DNA of 64,000 bases from an uncultured Acidimicrobiia bacterium. Its GTDB lineage: Bacteria; Actinomycetota; Acidimicrobiia; IMCC26256; JAENVU01. The position numbers and the translations under genes are program-made. Positions 9,503 to 18,702 of the stretch are shown here, one piece after another. The stretch's first letter is position 1; each line of letters starts with the position of its first letter. Under the pieces are notes generated by a model. That model was not told the DNA's origin and made no database searches. It worked only from the letters and a program-made list of their open reading frames with translations. The stretch spans positions 76-64,075 of the forward strand of contig CAVWPR010000015.1 in NCBI GenBank assembly GCA_963756815.1, in the 5' to 3' direction.

Positions 9503-11413
9503 GTGACCGTCGTGAAGCCGGACGCGCCGATCGAGGACGAGGAGGGCGCGAGCGTCATCCGTCCGAGCGAGGAGGCTCGTGGCGGGATGGGTGCCCGTTG
9601 GGGTGCCGCCGGCATGCCGCTCGAGCGCTCGAAGGACTTCAAGAACTCGACCCGCCGCCTGGTGGGACGGCTCCGGGCCCAGGCCGGCGCGCTCGTGGCG
9701 ATCCTGTTCCTCTCGGTCGTCAGCGTCACGCTGATGGCGTTCGGGCCCAAGGTGCTCGGCCACGCGACCAACCTCATCGTCGCCGGGGTCGTGACCGGCA
9801 AGGGCATCGACTACACGGCGCTGCACGAGACGATCTTCGTCGCCCTCGGTCTGTACATCGGCGCTGCCGTGCTGTCCTACTCCCAGGCGTACCTGGTCGC
9901 GGGCGTGGTGCAACGCTCGATGGGCCGGCTGCGCGCCGACGTGGAGGAGAAGGTCCACCGCCTGCCACTTCGTTACGTCGACCGACAACCGCGCGGCGAC
10001 CTGTTGAGCCGCGTCACCAACGACATCGACAACCTCCAGCAGAGCCTGCAGCAGACGATGAGCCAGCTGCTCACGTCGACGCTGTCGATGATGGCCGTCC
10101 TGATCATGATGTTCACGATCTCGTGGACGCTCGCGCTGATCGCTCTCATCACCGTCCCGGTCTCGATCTTCAGCATCAAGATGGTGACGAAGCGCTCGAA
10201 GGTGAAGTTCACCGACCAATGGCGTCACACCGGCATGCTGAACGCACAGGTCGAGGAGGCGTTCACCGGCCACGCGCTCGTGAAGGTGTTCGGCCGGCAG
10301 CACGACGTCGAGGAGACCTTCGGCGCGAAGAACGAGGAGCTCTTCGAGGCGGGCAACGCGGCGCAGTTCATCTCCGGGACGATCCAGCCGATGATGATGT
10401 TCTTCGGCAACCTGAACTACGTGGCGATCGCCCTGATCGGCGGGCTGCGGGTGGCATCGGGCCAGATGTCGATCGGCGACATCCAGGCGTTCATCCAGTA
10501 CTCGCGCCAGTTCACGCAGCCGCTCACGCAGCTCGCGTCGATGATCAACGTGATGCAGTCGGGGATCGCCTCCGCGGAGCGGGTCTTCGAGCTGCTCGAC
10601 GTCGAGGAGGAGAGCACCGACTCCGACGACCCCCTCACCGACCCGGACCCCGCCGGTCGCGTGGAGTTCGATCACGTGCAGTTCGCCTACGACCCGAAGA
10701 AGCCGCTCATCACGGACCTGTCGCTCGTGGCCGAGCCCGGCGAGACGATCGCCATCGTCGGTCCGACCGGCGCCGGGAAGACCACGCTCGTCAACCTGCT
10801 CATGCGCTTCTACGAGCTCGACGGCGGGGCGATCCGCCTCGACGGGCGGGACACCGCGGAGATGACGCGTGCCGAGCTGCGCTCGAACATGGGCATGGTG
10901 CTGCAGGACACCTGGCTCTTCGGCGGGACCATCCGCGAGAACATCCTGTACGGCCGGCCCGACGCGACCGAGGCGGAGCTCCTCGACGCCGCTCGCGCGA
11001 CGTATGTCGACCGCTTCGTCCACTCCCTGCCCCACGGCTACGACACCATCATCGACGACGAGGGCGGCACCGTGAGCGCCGGCGAGAAGCAGCTGCTCAC
11101 GATCGCGCGCGCGTTCCTCGCCGACCCCACGATCCTGATCCTCGACGAGGCCACGAGCTCGGTCGACACCCGCACCGAGGTGCTGATCCAGAAGGCGATG
11201 GCCGCGCTGCGGTCGAACCGAACGAGCTTCGTCATCGCACACCGGCTCTCGACCATCCGCGACGCCGACACCATCCTCGTGATGGAGGACGGCGACATCG
11301 TCGAGCAGGGCAATCACGAGGAGCTCCTCGCCGCCGACGGCGCCTACGCCCGCCTCTACAACGCGCAGTTCGCGGCGCCGGCCGTCGACGAGGTCGACCT
11401 CGAGTCGGTCTGA
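9503..11413 (+). CDS. ABC transporter permease/ATP-binding protein (exporter half-transporter, subunit 2)
   Basis: 636 aa. A TM domain is followed by Walker A GPTGAGKTT, signature VSAGEKQL and Walker B ILILDEATSSVD. It directly follows subunit 1. Confidence 0.95.
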   Translation: MTVVKPDAPIEDEEGASVIRPSEEARGGMGARWGAAGMPLERSKDFKNSTRRLVGRLRAQAGALVAILFLSVVSVTLMAFGPKVLGHATNLIVAGVVTGKGIDYTALHETIFVALGLYIGAAVLSYSQAYLVAGVVQRSMGRLRADVEEKVHRLPLRYVDRQPRGDLLSRVTNDIDNLQQSLQQTMSQLLTSTLSMMAVLIMMFTISWTLALIALITVPVSIFSIKMVTKRSKVKFTDQWRHTGMLNAQVEEAFTGHALVKVFGRQHDVEETFGAKNEELFEAGNAAQFISGTIQPMMMFFGNLNYVAIALIGGLRVASGQMSIGDIQAFIQYSRQFTQPLTQLASMINVMQSGIASAERVFELLDVEEESTDSDDPLTDPDPAGRVEFDHVQFAYDPKKPLITDLSLVAEPGETIAIVGPTGAGKTTLVNLLMRFYELDGGAIRLDGRDTAEMTRAELRSNMGMVLQDTWLFGGTIRENILYGRPDATEAELLDAARATYVDRFVHSLPHGYDTIIDDEGGTVSAGEKQLLTIARAFLADPTILILDEATSSVDTRTEVLIQKAMAALRSNRTSFVIAHRLSTIRDADTILVMEDGDIVEQGNHEELLAADGAYARLYNAQFAAPAVDEVDLESV

Positions 11414-11499
11414 GCCGACTTCACCGATCCCTCACACGACCCTGACGCCCCCGCGCGCCGGCACGGGCACCATGGGGATCGCCCTCGAGGAGGCGCAGC

Positions 11500-11823
11500 A
11501 TGATCCCGGACCCGTCCCCACCCGAACCGTCCCGACCCGCGATGCCGGGCGACCGCCCGGTCCCTCGTGGAGGCCGCACGCCGTTCGGGCCCGGGCCCGG
11601 CATGCTCGTGCTCCGCATCGCTGTCGTGACCTTGGGGCTCGTGATCGGCGTCGTGCTGCTCAGCCGTGGCGACGTCGTGCTCGGCCTGCTCCTCGTGGCG
11701 TTCGCGTTCCTCCGGGGCGCGATGTTCCTGTCGATGCGCCGGCGTCGCGCGCAGTGGCGGGCCGCACGCGACGCCCGGGGCCGTTCGCTCGCGACCATCC
11801 ACCGCCGCACCGGCGCGGTGTGA
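11500..11823 (+). CDS. small membrane protein, unknown function
   Basis: 107-aa ORF with a Pro-rich N-terminus, two hydrophobic segments (LVLRIAVVTLGLVIGVVLL, VVLGLLLVAFAFLRGAMFL) and a basic tail. It ends 12 nt before the MgtC-family gene. Confidence 0.45.
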   Translation: MIPDPSPPEPSRPAMPGDRPVPRGGRTPFGPGPGMLVLRIAVVTLGLVIGVVLLSRGDVVLGLLLVAFAFLRGAMFLSMRRRRAQWRAARDARGRSLATIHRRTGAV

Positions 11824-11835
11824 TGGCGTGGACGG

Positions 11836-12315
11836 ATGCCGTCCGACTGGGACCTCATCGCGCGCGTCCTCGTCGGCTTCGGTCTCGCGTTCACGATCGG
11901 GTTCGAGCGTGAGCTGCGGGGCTCACCCGCCGGCAACCGCACCTTCTCCCTCATCGGCGCGTCGATCGCGGGGATGACTGCGGTCCTCTGGCGCGAGGCA
12001 CCCCAGGCCGTCGCCGGCGCGATCACCGGCATCGGGTTCATCGGCGTCGGTGTCGTCCTCCACGGTGAGAACCAGTTCGTACGTGGCCTCACCACAGCGG
12101 CCGCGATCTTCGCGACGGCGGCGATGACCATCGTCGCCGGGACCGGCCACCTCCTCCTCGCCACCCTCATGACCGGCGGGATCCTGCTGGCCCTCGAGCT
12201 GCGGGACATCCCCGTCCTGAGGTTCCTCGACGCACGCCGCTACCAGCCGCGATTCCGCAACGACGACGCGCCGCCGCTCCCCGCTCGGCGCCGGCACGGA
12301 GAACCGCCCGCCTGA
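11836..12315 (+). CDS. MgtC/SapB family membrane protein
   Basis: 159 aa. The N-terminal ..GFGLAFTIGFERELRG.. motif and four or five TM segments are characteristic of MgtC/SapB. Confidence 0.85.
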   Translation: MPSDWDLIARVLVGFGLAFTIGFERELRGSPAGNRTFSLIGASIAGMTAVLWREAPQAVAGAITGIGFIGVGVVLHGENQFVRGLTTAAAIFATAAMTIVAGTGHLLLATLMTGGILLALELRDIPVLRFLDARRYQPRFRNDDAPPLPARRRHGEPPA

Positions 12316-12357
12316 GCCGATTCAAGCCCGGCGCGCCGATCTGTCGATGCAGCAGGG

Positions 12358-13320
12358 ATGGTCGTACGCCTCACGGTGGTCGTCGCGTGCCTGCTCGCGA
12401 TCGCCGGCGTCGCCGTGGCGCGTCGGCAAGGCGACACCCCGTCGGTCGCTCCGGAACACGCGGCCCCGGTCCTCCTCGGCGCGTACGTGTCACCCGACGG
12501 TCGGCACTGGGCGGAGTCCGGGGTGACCGCACTCGAGCGTCGGCTCGGGCGCGGGCTCGCCATCGACCACCGGTTCAAGCACTGGAACGACCCGTTCCCC
12601 ACCGCCGCCGACGCGTGGGACCACGCCCACGGACGGATCCCGATGATCACCTGGGAGCCCGACACCACGTCGCTCGGCGCGATCGCCTCGGGCGCGGATG
12701 ACGCCGGCCTGCGCGCCCGAGCCGAGGCCGTGGCGCGGGACCGGCGCCCGCTCCTCCTCCGGTTCGCCCACGAGATGAACGCCGACTGGTACCCGTGGGA
12801 CGGGGTACGGGTCGGTGCGCCGGGGACGCACGACGGACCGGCGCGCTACGTCGCCGCGTGGCGGCACGTGCACGCAGTGTTCGTCGCGGCGGGCGCCACC
12901 AACGTGCGCTGGGTCTGGTCGCCGAACCATCGCAGCATCCCGGCGGCCGCGTGGAACGACGCGGCGCGCTACTACCCGGGCGACGATGTCGTCGACTGGG
13001 TCGGCGTCGACGGGTACGACCGCCTGTCGGGCCGGCCCGCCACGTTTGCATCGCTCTTCGGACCGGTGTTGTCGACGTTCGCCGGGCACAAGCCGCTCAT
13101 GATCGCCGAGACCGCGACCGACCGACGCGATCCGGCACGGGCCAGGCGCTTCGTGGACGACGTCCGGCGAGCGATCGACACCGGCACGCCGCGTGTCGAC
13201 GCGGTCGTCTGGTTCGACACGGCGAAACAGGGTCACGACTGGCGCATCGGCGGTACGGACGCGCCCGCGGACGCGTTCCGTCGCCTCGCGCGCGACCCGC
13301 GCCTCAGCGGCGCTCGATGA
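12358..13320 (+). CDS. glycoside hydrolase family 26-like protein (secreted)
   Basis: 320 aa with a signal-like N-terminus. It has the RFAHEMNADWYPW motif (GH26 HEMNG-W type) and WVGVDGY. Confidence 0.8.
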   Translation: MVVRLTVVVACLLAIAGVAVARRQGDTPSVAPEHAAPVLLGAYVSPDGRHWAESGVTALERRLGRGLAIDHRFKHWNDPFPTAADAWDHAHGRIPMITWEPDTTSLGAIASGADDAGLRARAEAVARDRRPLLLRFAHEMNADWYPWDGVRVGAPGTHDGPARYVAAWRHVHAVFVAAGATNVRWVWSPNHRSIPAAAWNDAARYYPGDDVVDWVGVDGYDRLSGRPATFASLFGPVLSTFAGHKPLMIAETATDRRDPARARRFVDDVRRAIDTGTPRVDAVVWFDTAKQGHDWRIGGTDAPADAFRRLARDPRLSGAR

Positions 13321-14777
13321 GCTCGTAGCAGTCGAGGTCGGGCGCGGCCATGACCGCACGGAAGTGGTCGAAGGTCCACGGCCAGGTGGCAGGGATGCCG
13401 CGGTCGTCGAGATACCAGCTGTTGCATCCGGTGACCCAGATCGACCGCTGCGCCGCCTCGACGCGGGCGGACTCGTGCTCCTCCATCGCCCGCGTGCTGG
13501 CCGACACCTCGGTCGCCCGGCCGTCCCGAAGCAGCGCGACGAGCTGGAGGATGTAGCCGAACTGCCGCTCGGCCACCTCGATGAGCGAGAAGTTGCCGAC
13601 CGGTCCGTTCGGCCCGTTCACCATGAAGAGGTTCGGGAAGTCGGGGATCGAGATCGACAGGTACGCGTTCGGCCGCGGCGACCACCGCTCCGCCAGCGTC
13701 ACTCCACCCCGACCGGTGATCGCCATCGGGCCGCATGAAAGCGTCGGCGTGGAAGCCGGTGGCGAGCACCAGGACGTCGAGCTCGTGCAGCACGCCGTCG
13801 ACGGTCAGTACTCCGGCCGGCTCGATCCGCTCGATCCCGGCGTCGATGAGCTCCGCGTGCGGCGCCTGGATCGCTGCGTAGAAGTCGGGCGAGACCACGA
13901 GGCGCTTGCACCCGGCGCGGTAGTCCGGGCGCAGTCGCTCACGCAGCCCCGGGTCCTGCACCGTCTCGAGGTTCTCGCGACACATCTGCTCGATCGCGGC
14001 CATGCCCTGCGAGTCGGCGTCGATCACCGCGGTGGCGAAGGCTCCGAACGCCTCGGCGAGATTGTCGTGCATCGTGCGCAGGAGCTCGGGGTCGGACGCG
14101 TACCGGGCCCTCTCCTCCTCCGAGTACGGCGTGTTGGCCTGCGGCAGGACCCACTGCGCGGTGCGCTGGAACAAGCAGAGGTGTGACGCCCGGTCGACCA
14201 GGGCCGCCGTGATCTGCACCGCGGTCGATCCTGTGCCGATGACCCCGATCCGAGCGCCGTCGAGCGGCACGGAGTGGTCCCACCGGGCGCTGTGGAACGC
14301 CGCGCCCGCGAACGAGTCGAGGCCGTCGAGGTCGGGCAGGTTCGGATGGTGCAGTACGCCGGTGGCCGCGATCACCACGTCGGCCGCGTCATGGCGGCCC
14401 GAGGCCGTCTCGATCTCCCACCGCCCGTCACGGAACGTGCACGCGACGACCTCCTCCCCGAACACGACGTCGCGACCGACGTCGTGCTCCCTTGCCACGC
14501 GCTCGAAGTAGGTGCGGATCTCGTCGCCGCCCGAGAACGTGTGCGTCCAGTCCGGGTTGGGCGCGAAGGAGTACGAGTAGAGGTGCGACGGCACGTCGCA
14601 CGCGAGACCCGGGTAGGTGTTCTCGCGCCACGTCCCGCCGAAGGACTCGGCCTTCTCGTAGACGGTGATGTCCTCGTAGCCGGCACGCCGGAGCTCGATC
14701 ACGCTCAGGATCCCGGCCATTCCCGCGCCGATCACCACGAAGCGCAGCGGTCGCGTCGTCGCTCCTGCGTCGGTCAC
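13304..14777 (-). pseudogene. flavin-containing / Baeyer-Villiger-type monooxygenase; +1 frame change at GGG 13728-13730
   Basis: ORF 13233..14882 has FVVIGAGMAG (FAD), FGGTWRENTYPGLACDVPS and GVIGTGSTAVQ (NADP). After ..GFHADAFMRP the protein continues as MAITGRGGVTLAERW..FMVNGPNGP.. in ORF 13304..13726. Start set at GTG 14777; ATG 14882 is also possible. Confidence 0.85.
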
Positions 14778-14991
14778 GGGCGGCAACCTACCGGTCCCCG
14801 CCCGCCCGGCACGACGCCGAACCGGCTCGTGCCGGCGCAGGAGATGCGCCCGCGGACGCGTCGGCACCGGATCGGTGGTCACACCCGGGGCCTAGGTTGC
14901 CGAGCGCAGCTCGTCCGGCCCGCTGCGACGGCCGACCGCCCGAATCGACGAGCACCGGGGACCCGGTGACTCGAACCATGGAGGTGATCGA

Positions 14992-16053
14992 ATGTCGATC
15001 GCAGCGACGCGCGCGCCCGCTCCGGTACACGAAGTCGCCGAGACGTCGATCCGCCAGGAGATCCGCGTCGTCGGGTCGCACTGGTCCCGGGCCCAGCACC
15101 GGTTGGTCGAGCTGGTGGTCGCGCTCGACGACTCGGGGCACTGGGCGGCCGACGGCGCGCCGACGTGTGCCCACTGGGTCGCCGACGCCCTGGACATCGA
15201 GGTGTGCACGGCGCGTGAGTGGTTGAGGATCGGACGCAGGCTGTCGGAGCTCACCGCCATCGGCGCGGCATTCGTCGACGGTCGCCTCTCGTACAGCAAG
15301 GTCCGAACCCTGACGCGAGTCGCGACACCGGAGAACGAGGCGGAGCTCGAGGCGATCGCGGAGCGAATTCCTGCCGGCCGCCTCGCGCACGCGCTCGCCG
15401 ATTGGCTGACGCGCCACGAGACGCCGGAGGAGACCGAGGCCCGCCAGCACGCTGCGCGCTCCCTGTCGTGGCGCATCGATCCCGACGGAATGGTCGCCGG
15501 CTTCTTCCGGCTGCCGCCCGCGGACGCGCAGGCGGTGACCCGAACGATCGACACCGAGCTCGTCCGGAGCCGTGCCCGCGTCGACGCGTCCGCGGACGCG
15601 CCGGAGCGGTGGCCGTCCATCGCCCAGCAACGGGCCGACGCGCTGGTGCGGCGGATGACCACGGGTGGATCCCGACTGGTCACCGAGCTCGTCGTGCACG
15701 TCCGAGGGGACGGCTGCAGCTTCGACGACGGGACACCTGTGACCGACACGTTCGTCGAACGGATCGCGCCGACGTCGTTCCTCCGTGCGCTCGTCCACGA
15801 CGCTGAGGGCCGGCCCATCAACGCGTCGGGCCGTCAGCGCCATCCCACGAAGCGGCAGCAGCGCGTCGTCGCGGCACGGGACCGCGTCTGCGTCGACTGC
15901 GGAGCCACCGAGTTCCTGCAGTACGACCACGACCCGGAGTACGAGCACTCCGGGCGCACCGTCGTCGACGAGCTCACGTACCGGTGCTGGCCGTGTCACC
16001 GCCGCCGGCACGCCGAGGCGATGCGCCGTCGCCGATCAGCCGGGCGAAGCTGA
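14992..16053 (+). CDS. DUF222-type HNH endonuclease (REP13E12-like family)
   Basis: 353 aa. It has a DUF222-like N-terminal region (..LSYSKVRTLTRVATPENE..) and a C-terminal HNH block CVDCGATEFLQYDHDPEYEHSGRT..CWPCHRRRH. Confidence 0.85.
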   Translation: MSIAATRAPAPVHEVAETSIRQEIRVVGSHWSRAQHRLVELVVALDDSGHWAADGAPTCAHWVADALDIEVCTAREWLRIGRRLSELTAIGAAFVDGRLSYSKVRTLTRVATPENEAELEAIAERIPAGRLAHALADWLTRHETPEETEARQHAARSLSWRIDPDGMVAGFFRLPPADAQAVTRTIDTELVRSRARVDASADAPERWPSIAQQRADALVRRMTTGGSRLVTELVVHVRGDGCSFDDGTPVTDTFVERIAPTSFLRALVHDAEGRPINASGRQRHPTKRQQRVVAARDRVCVDCGATEFLQYDHDPEYEHSGRTVVDELTYRCWPCHRRRHAEAMRRRRSAGRS

Positions 16054-16393
16054 TCTCGTGACCCGACGGGTCGCGCACGTGGAAATAGCGCTCTCCCCAG
16101 GGTGCGTCGCCCGGCGCCATCTCGGGCTCGTACCCGGCGTCACGGAGCGCGGCGTAGGCGGCATCGACGTCGGCGACCCAGAAGATGGCCCGGCCCCAGA
16201 TCGCGGCAACCGGAGCGTGCTGCGGATCGAGCTGCAGGTTGAGGTAGCCGGTTCCGGCTCGGAACGTGGAGAAAGGCGCGTCCTGACCGCCGACGACCGC
16301 CTCGAATCCCACGGTCTCGTAGAAGCGCACCGACGCGGCCATGTCGGCGGTTGCGAGGGTCACCGCGCTGAGCGCCTCGATCCGGTCCATCAC
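15974..16393 (-). CDS. VOC (glyoxalase/bleomycin-resistance/dioxygenase) family protein
   Basis: 139 aa with typical VOC beta-alpha-beta motifs (LATADMAASVRFYETVGFE .. YFHVRDPSGHEISF). Its 3' end overlaps the HNH gene 3' end by 80 nt. Confidence 0.8.
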   Translation of the reverse strand: MMDRIEALSAVTLATADMAASVRFYETVGFEAVVGGQDAPFSTFRAGTGYLNLQLDPQHAPVAAIWGRAIFWVADVDAAYAALRDAGYEPEMAPGDAPWGERYFHVRDPSGHEISFARLIGDGASPRRAGGGDTASTGT

Positions 16394-16437
16394 GACGACG
16401 GTAGGACACGCCCGCGGGGCGGCGCGAGAATGCGGTC

Positions 16438-16983
16438 ATGGCCACCACCTTCACCCGCATGGACGAGTCGACCGCCGAACAGTGGGCGGTGATCGGCGCC
16501 GAGACGATGCGCAACCAGCCGCGCGTCGCCGACGAGGTGCTCTCGATGTTGCAACGGCTCGAGGGCATCACGGACGGCTTCGCCACCAACCAGCTGGTGC
16601 ACGCCCTGCAGACCGCGACGCTCGCGGAGCGGGCGGGCGCCGACGAGGAGATGATCGTCGCCAGCCTCTGCCACGACGTCGGCAAGCTCGTGAGCGTGTT
16701 CGGGCACCCGGAGATCGCCGCCGCGATCCTGCGGCCGTACGTGCGCGACGACGTGTACCAGGCGATCCGCGCCCACCAGGACTTCCAGGGTCGGCACTAC
16801 TACCAGCACTTCGGTGGCGACGTGAACGCTCGCGATCAGTACGAAGGTCGGCCCTGGTTCGACCTCGCGGCCCAGTTCGCCGACGAGTGGGATCAGGTCG
16901 CGTTCGACCCCGACGGTCCGTACGAGTCGCTCGAGCACTTCGAGCCGATGGTCCGCCGGGTGTTCGAGAAGCCGCGCAACTGA
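16438..16983 (+). CDS. HD-domain protein (metal-dependent phosphohydrolase or oxygenase fold)
   Basis: 181 aa. Has H55, H79-D80 (SLCHDVGK), H90, H113 and D152, numbered from the ATG at 16438. Confidence 0.8.
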   Translation: MATTFTRMDESTAEQWAVIGAETMRNQPRVADEVLSMLQRLEGITDGFATNQLVHALQTATLAERAGADEEMIVASLCHDVGKLVSVFGHPEIAAAILRPYVRDDVYQAIRAHQDFQGRHYYQHFGGDVNARDQYEGRPWFDLAAQFADEWDQVAFDPDGPYESLEHFEPMVRRVFEKPRN

Positions 16984-17016
16984 GCGGGGTGCGTCGGCCG
17001 TCGACCGTCGGTCGGC

Positions 17017-17832
17017 TCAGTACGGGCGGTCGCCCACGATCGTCACCCGTTCCATGATGCGCCGCGCGGGTAGGAAGTCGTTGCTCACGACATGCTGCGT
17101 GGCGCGGTTGTCCCAGAACGCGACGCTGCCGGGCGCCCATCGGAAGCGGCACTGCACGTCGGGAACGGTCGCCTGCCGCTGCAGCCGGTCGAGGAGCGGC
17201 GCCGACTCGGCCTGGTCCATCCCCTTGATGCCCATCGTGAAGCCACCGTTGACGTAGATGGTCCTGCGTCCGGTCTCCGGGTGGGTGCGGACGACCGGGT
17301 GCTCCTGGGTGGGGTGCTTCGCGCGCATCTTGTCCTGCACCTCGGGCGGCTGGTTCCATCCGAATGCCCGCGTGAAGTCGTGCAGACCCACGAGACCGTC
17401 GATGCGGTCCTTGGTCGGCTCGTCGAGCAGGTCGTACGCAGCACCCATGTCGGCCCACAACGTGTCGCCACCGATCGGAGGGAGCTCCACCGCGCGCAGG
17501 ACCGAGCCCATCGACGGCTCCGGCCGCCACGTCACGTCGCTGTGCCAGACCTCGGGAGCGCGGTGCTTGCCGCCCGCGGGGATCACGAAGATCTCCGGCT
17601 GCGCCTGGTCCTTCGGCGTGAGCGGATGCACCTCGAGGTCCCCGAACGCGCGTCCGAACATCACGTGCCGGTCACGGTCGAGACGCTGCTGGTCGCGGAA
17701 GAAGATCACCTTCCAGTCGAGCAGCGCGGCGCGGATCTCCGCGATGGTCTCGGGCGAGAGGTCGTCGGCGAGGTCGACCCCGCCGATCTCCGCCCCGATG
17801 GTCGCGGTCATCGGTTCGACTGAGATGGTCAT
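17017..17832 (-). CDS. TauD/TfdA family Fe(II)/2-oxoglutarate dioxygenase
   Basis: This is the C-terminal 271 aa of ORF 17017..19347, starting at MTISVEPMTATIG. It has the WHSDVTW (HxD) motif and a distal RATQH His. The rest of the 776-aa ORF is antisense junk. Confidence 0.9.
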   Translation of the reverse strand: MTISVEPMTATIGAEIGGVDLADDLSPETIAEIRAALLDWKVIFFRDQQRLDRDRHVMFGRAFGDLEVHPLTPKDQAQPEIFVIPAGGKHRAPEVWHSDVTWRPEPSMGSVLRAVELPPIGGDTLWADMGAAYDLLDEPTKDRIDGLVGLHDFTRAFGWNQPPEVQDKMRAKHPTQEHPVVRTHPETGRRTIYVNGGFTMGIKGMDQAESAPLLDRLQRQATVPDVQCRFRWAPGSVAFWDNRATQHVVSNDFLPARRIMERVTIVGDRPY

Positions 17833-17907
17833 CCCGGCAGCGTACGGCTCACCCGTCGGTTCGACCACGAGCCCGCGTCGAGCGGAAGTGCACTCCCGGG
17901 CACCCGC

Positions 17908-18606
17908 ATGCCGACGTTCGCTACGTTCGACGCCGTGGAGACCATCGCGGTGGAGATCGGGCGCCCGACAGCGACGATCACGCTGACGCGGCCGGAGAAG
18001 CGGAATGCCCTCTCCGTGCAGCTGCGCGACGAGGTCACGAGCACGCTCGCCGAGCTCGCCGCGGACGAGCGCCTCACGAGCGTGGTCGTCACGGGGGCCG
18101 GAGACGTGTTCTCGGCGGGGTTCGATCTCGACGAGTTCGCACGGGCGGCCGACGACGCCGACTTCGGGCGGGCGCTCTGGGAGAGCAGCGACCGCTTCCA
18201 CCACGCGCTGCTCACGTTCCCCCTCCCGCTCGTCGCCGCGGTCAACGGTCCGGCGCTCGCCGGCGGATTCGACCTCGCCGTGTGCTGCGACGTCCGGGTG
18301 GCCGCCACGACCGCCCGGTTCGCCCACCCCGAGTTCAGCTTCGGTGACGTCGTCTACTCCCCGCTCCACGAACTCGTCGGCGGCGCGATCGCACGCGACC
18401 TGTGCCTCACCGGGCGCGCGATCGACGCAGCCGAAGCGCAGCGACTCGGCCTCGTCACCGACGTCGTCGCGCCCGAGCAGCTCGATGCCGCGGTCGCCGA
18501 GGTGACCGAGCGAATTGCGCTCGCGCCCCGGGCCATGCTCCTGCGGACCAAGGCCAAGGCGATCGCCCGGGCCGGCATCGTGCTCGGTCCGACCCTCGAC
18601 CTCTGA
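17908..18606 (+). CDS. enoyl-CoA hydratase/isomerase (crotonase) family protein
   Basis: 232 aa with VVVTGAGDVFSAGFDL and NGPALAGGFDLAVCCD crotonase motifs. Confidence 0.9.
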   Translation: MPTFATFDAVETIAVEIGRPTATITLTRPEKRNALSVQLRDEVTSTLAELAADERLTSVVVTGAGDVFSAGFDLDEFARAADDADFGRALWESSDRFHHALLTFPLPLVAAVNGPALAGGFDLAVCCDVRVAATTARFAHPEFSFGDVVYSPLHELVGGAIARDLCLTGRAIDAAEAQRLGLVTDVVAPEQLDAAVAEVTERIALAPRAMLLRTKAKAIARAGIVLGPTLDL

Positions 18607-18702
18607 CATCCCCGGTGCGCCGGCGACGGTGCGTCGCCCGGGTACCGTGCGCGCATCGGCCCGCGTTCTCTGCTCCGCATCCCGGTCTTCCTCGCGGCCG
18701 TC

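Noticed and set aside
6826-9807. 993-aa ORF on the minus strand, the second longest in the track
   Set aside because: It is antisense to the TetR gene and the first ABC transporter. Its translation is Arg/Gly/Asp/His-rich low complexity with no motifs. The plus-strand frames carry unambiguous Walker and signature motifs.
11500-11823. Pro-rich ORF upstream of the MgtC-family gene as an MgtP-like regulatory leader peptide
   Set aside because: At 107 codons with two TM segments it is a membrane protein rather than a short leader peptide. I see no attenuator structure between it and the MgtC-family gene.
14883-16053. Prophage, IS or integrative element around the HNH gene
   Set aside because: There is no integrase, transposase, terminal inverted or direct repeats, or tRNA target visible. 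Only the single HNH gene is mobile-like.
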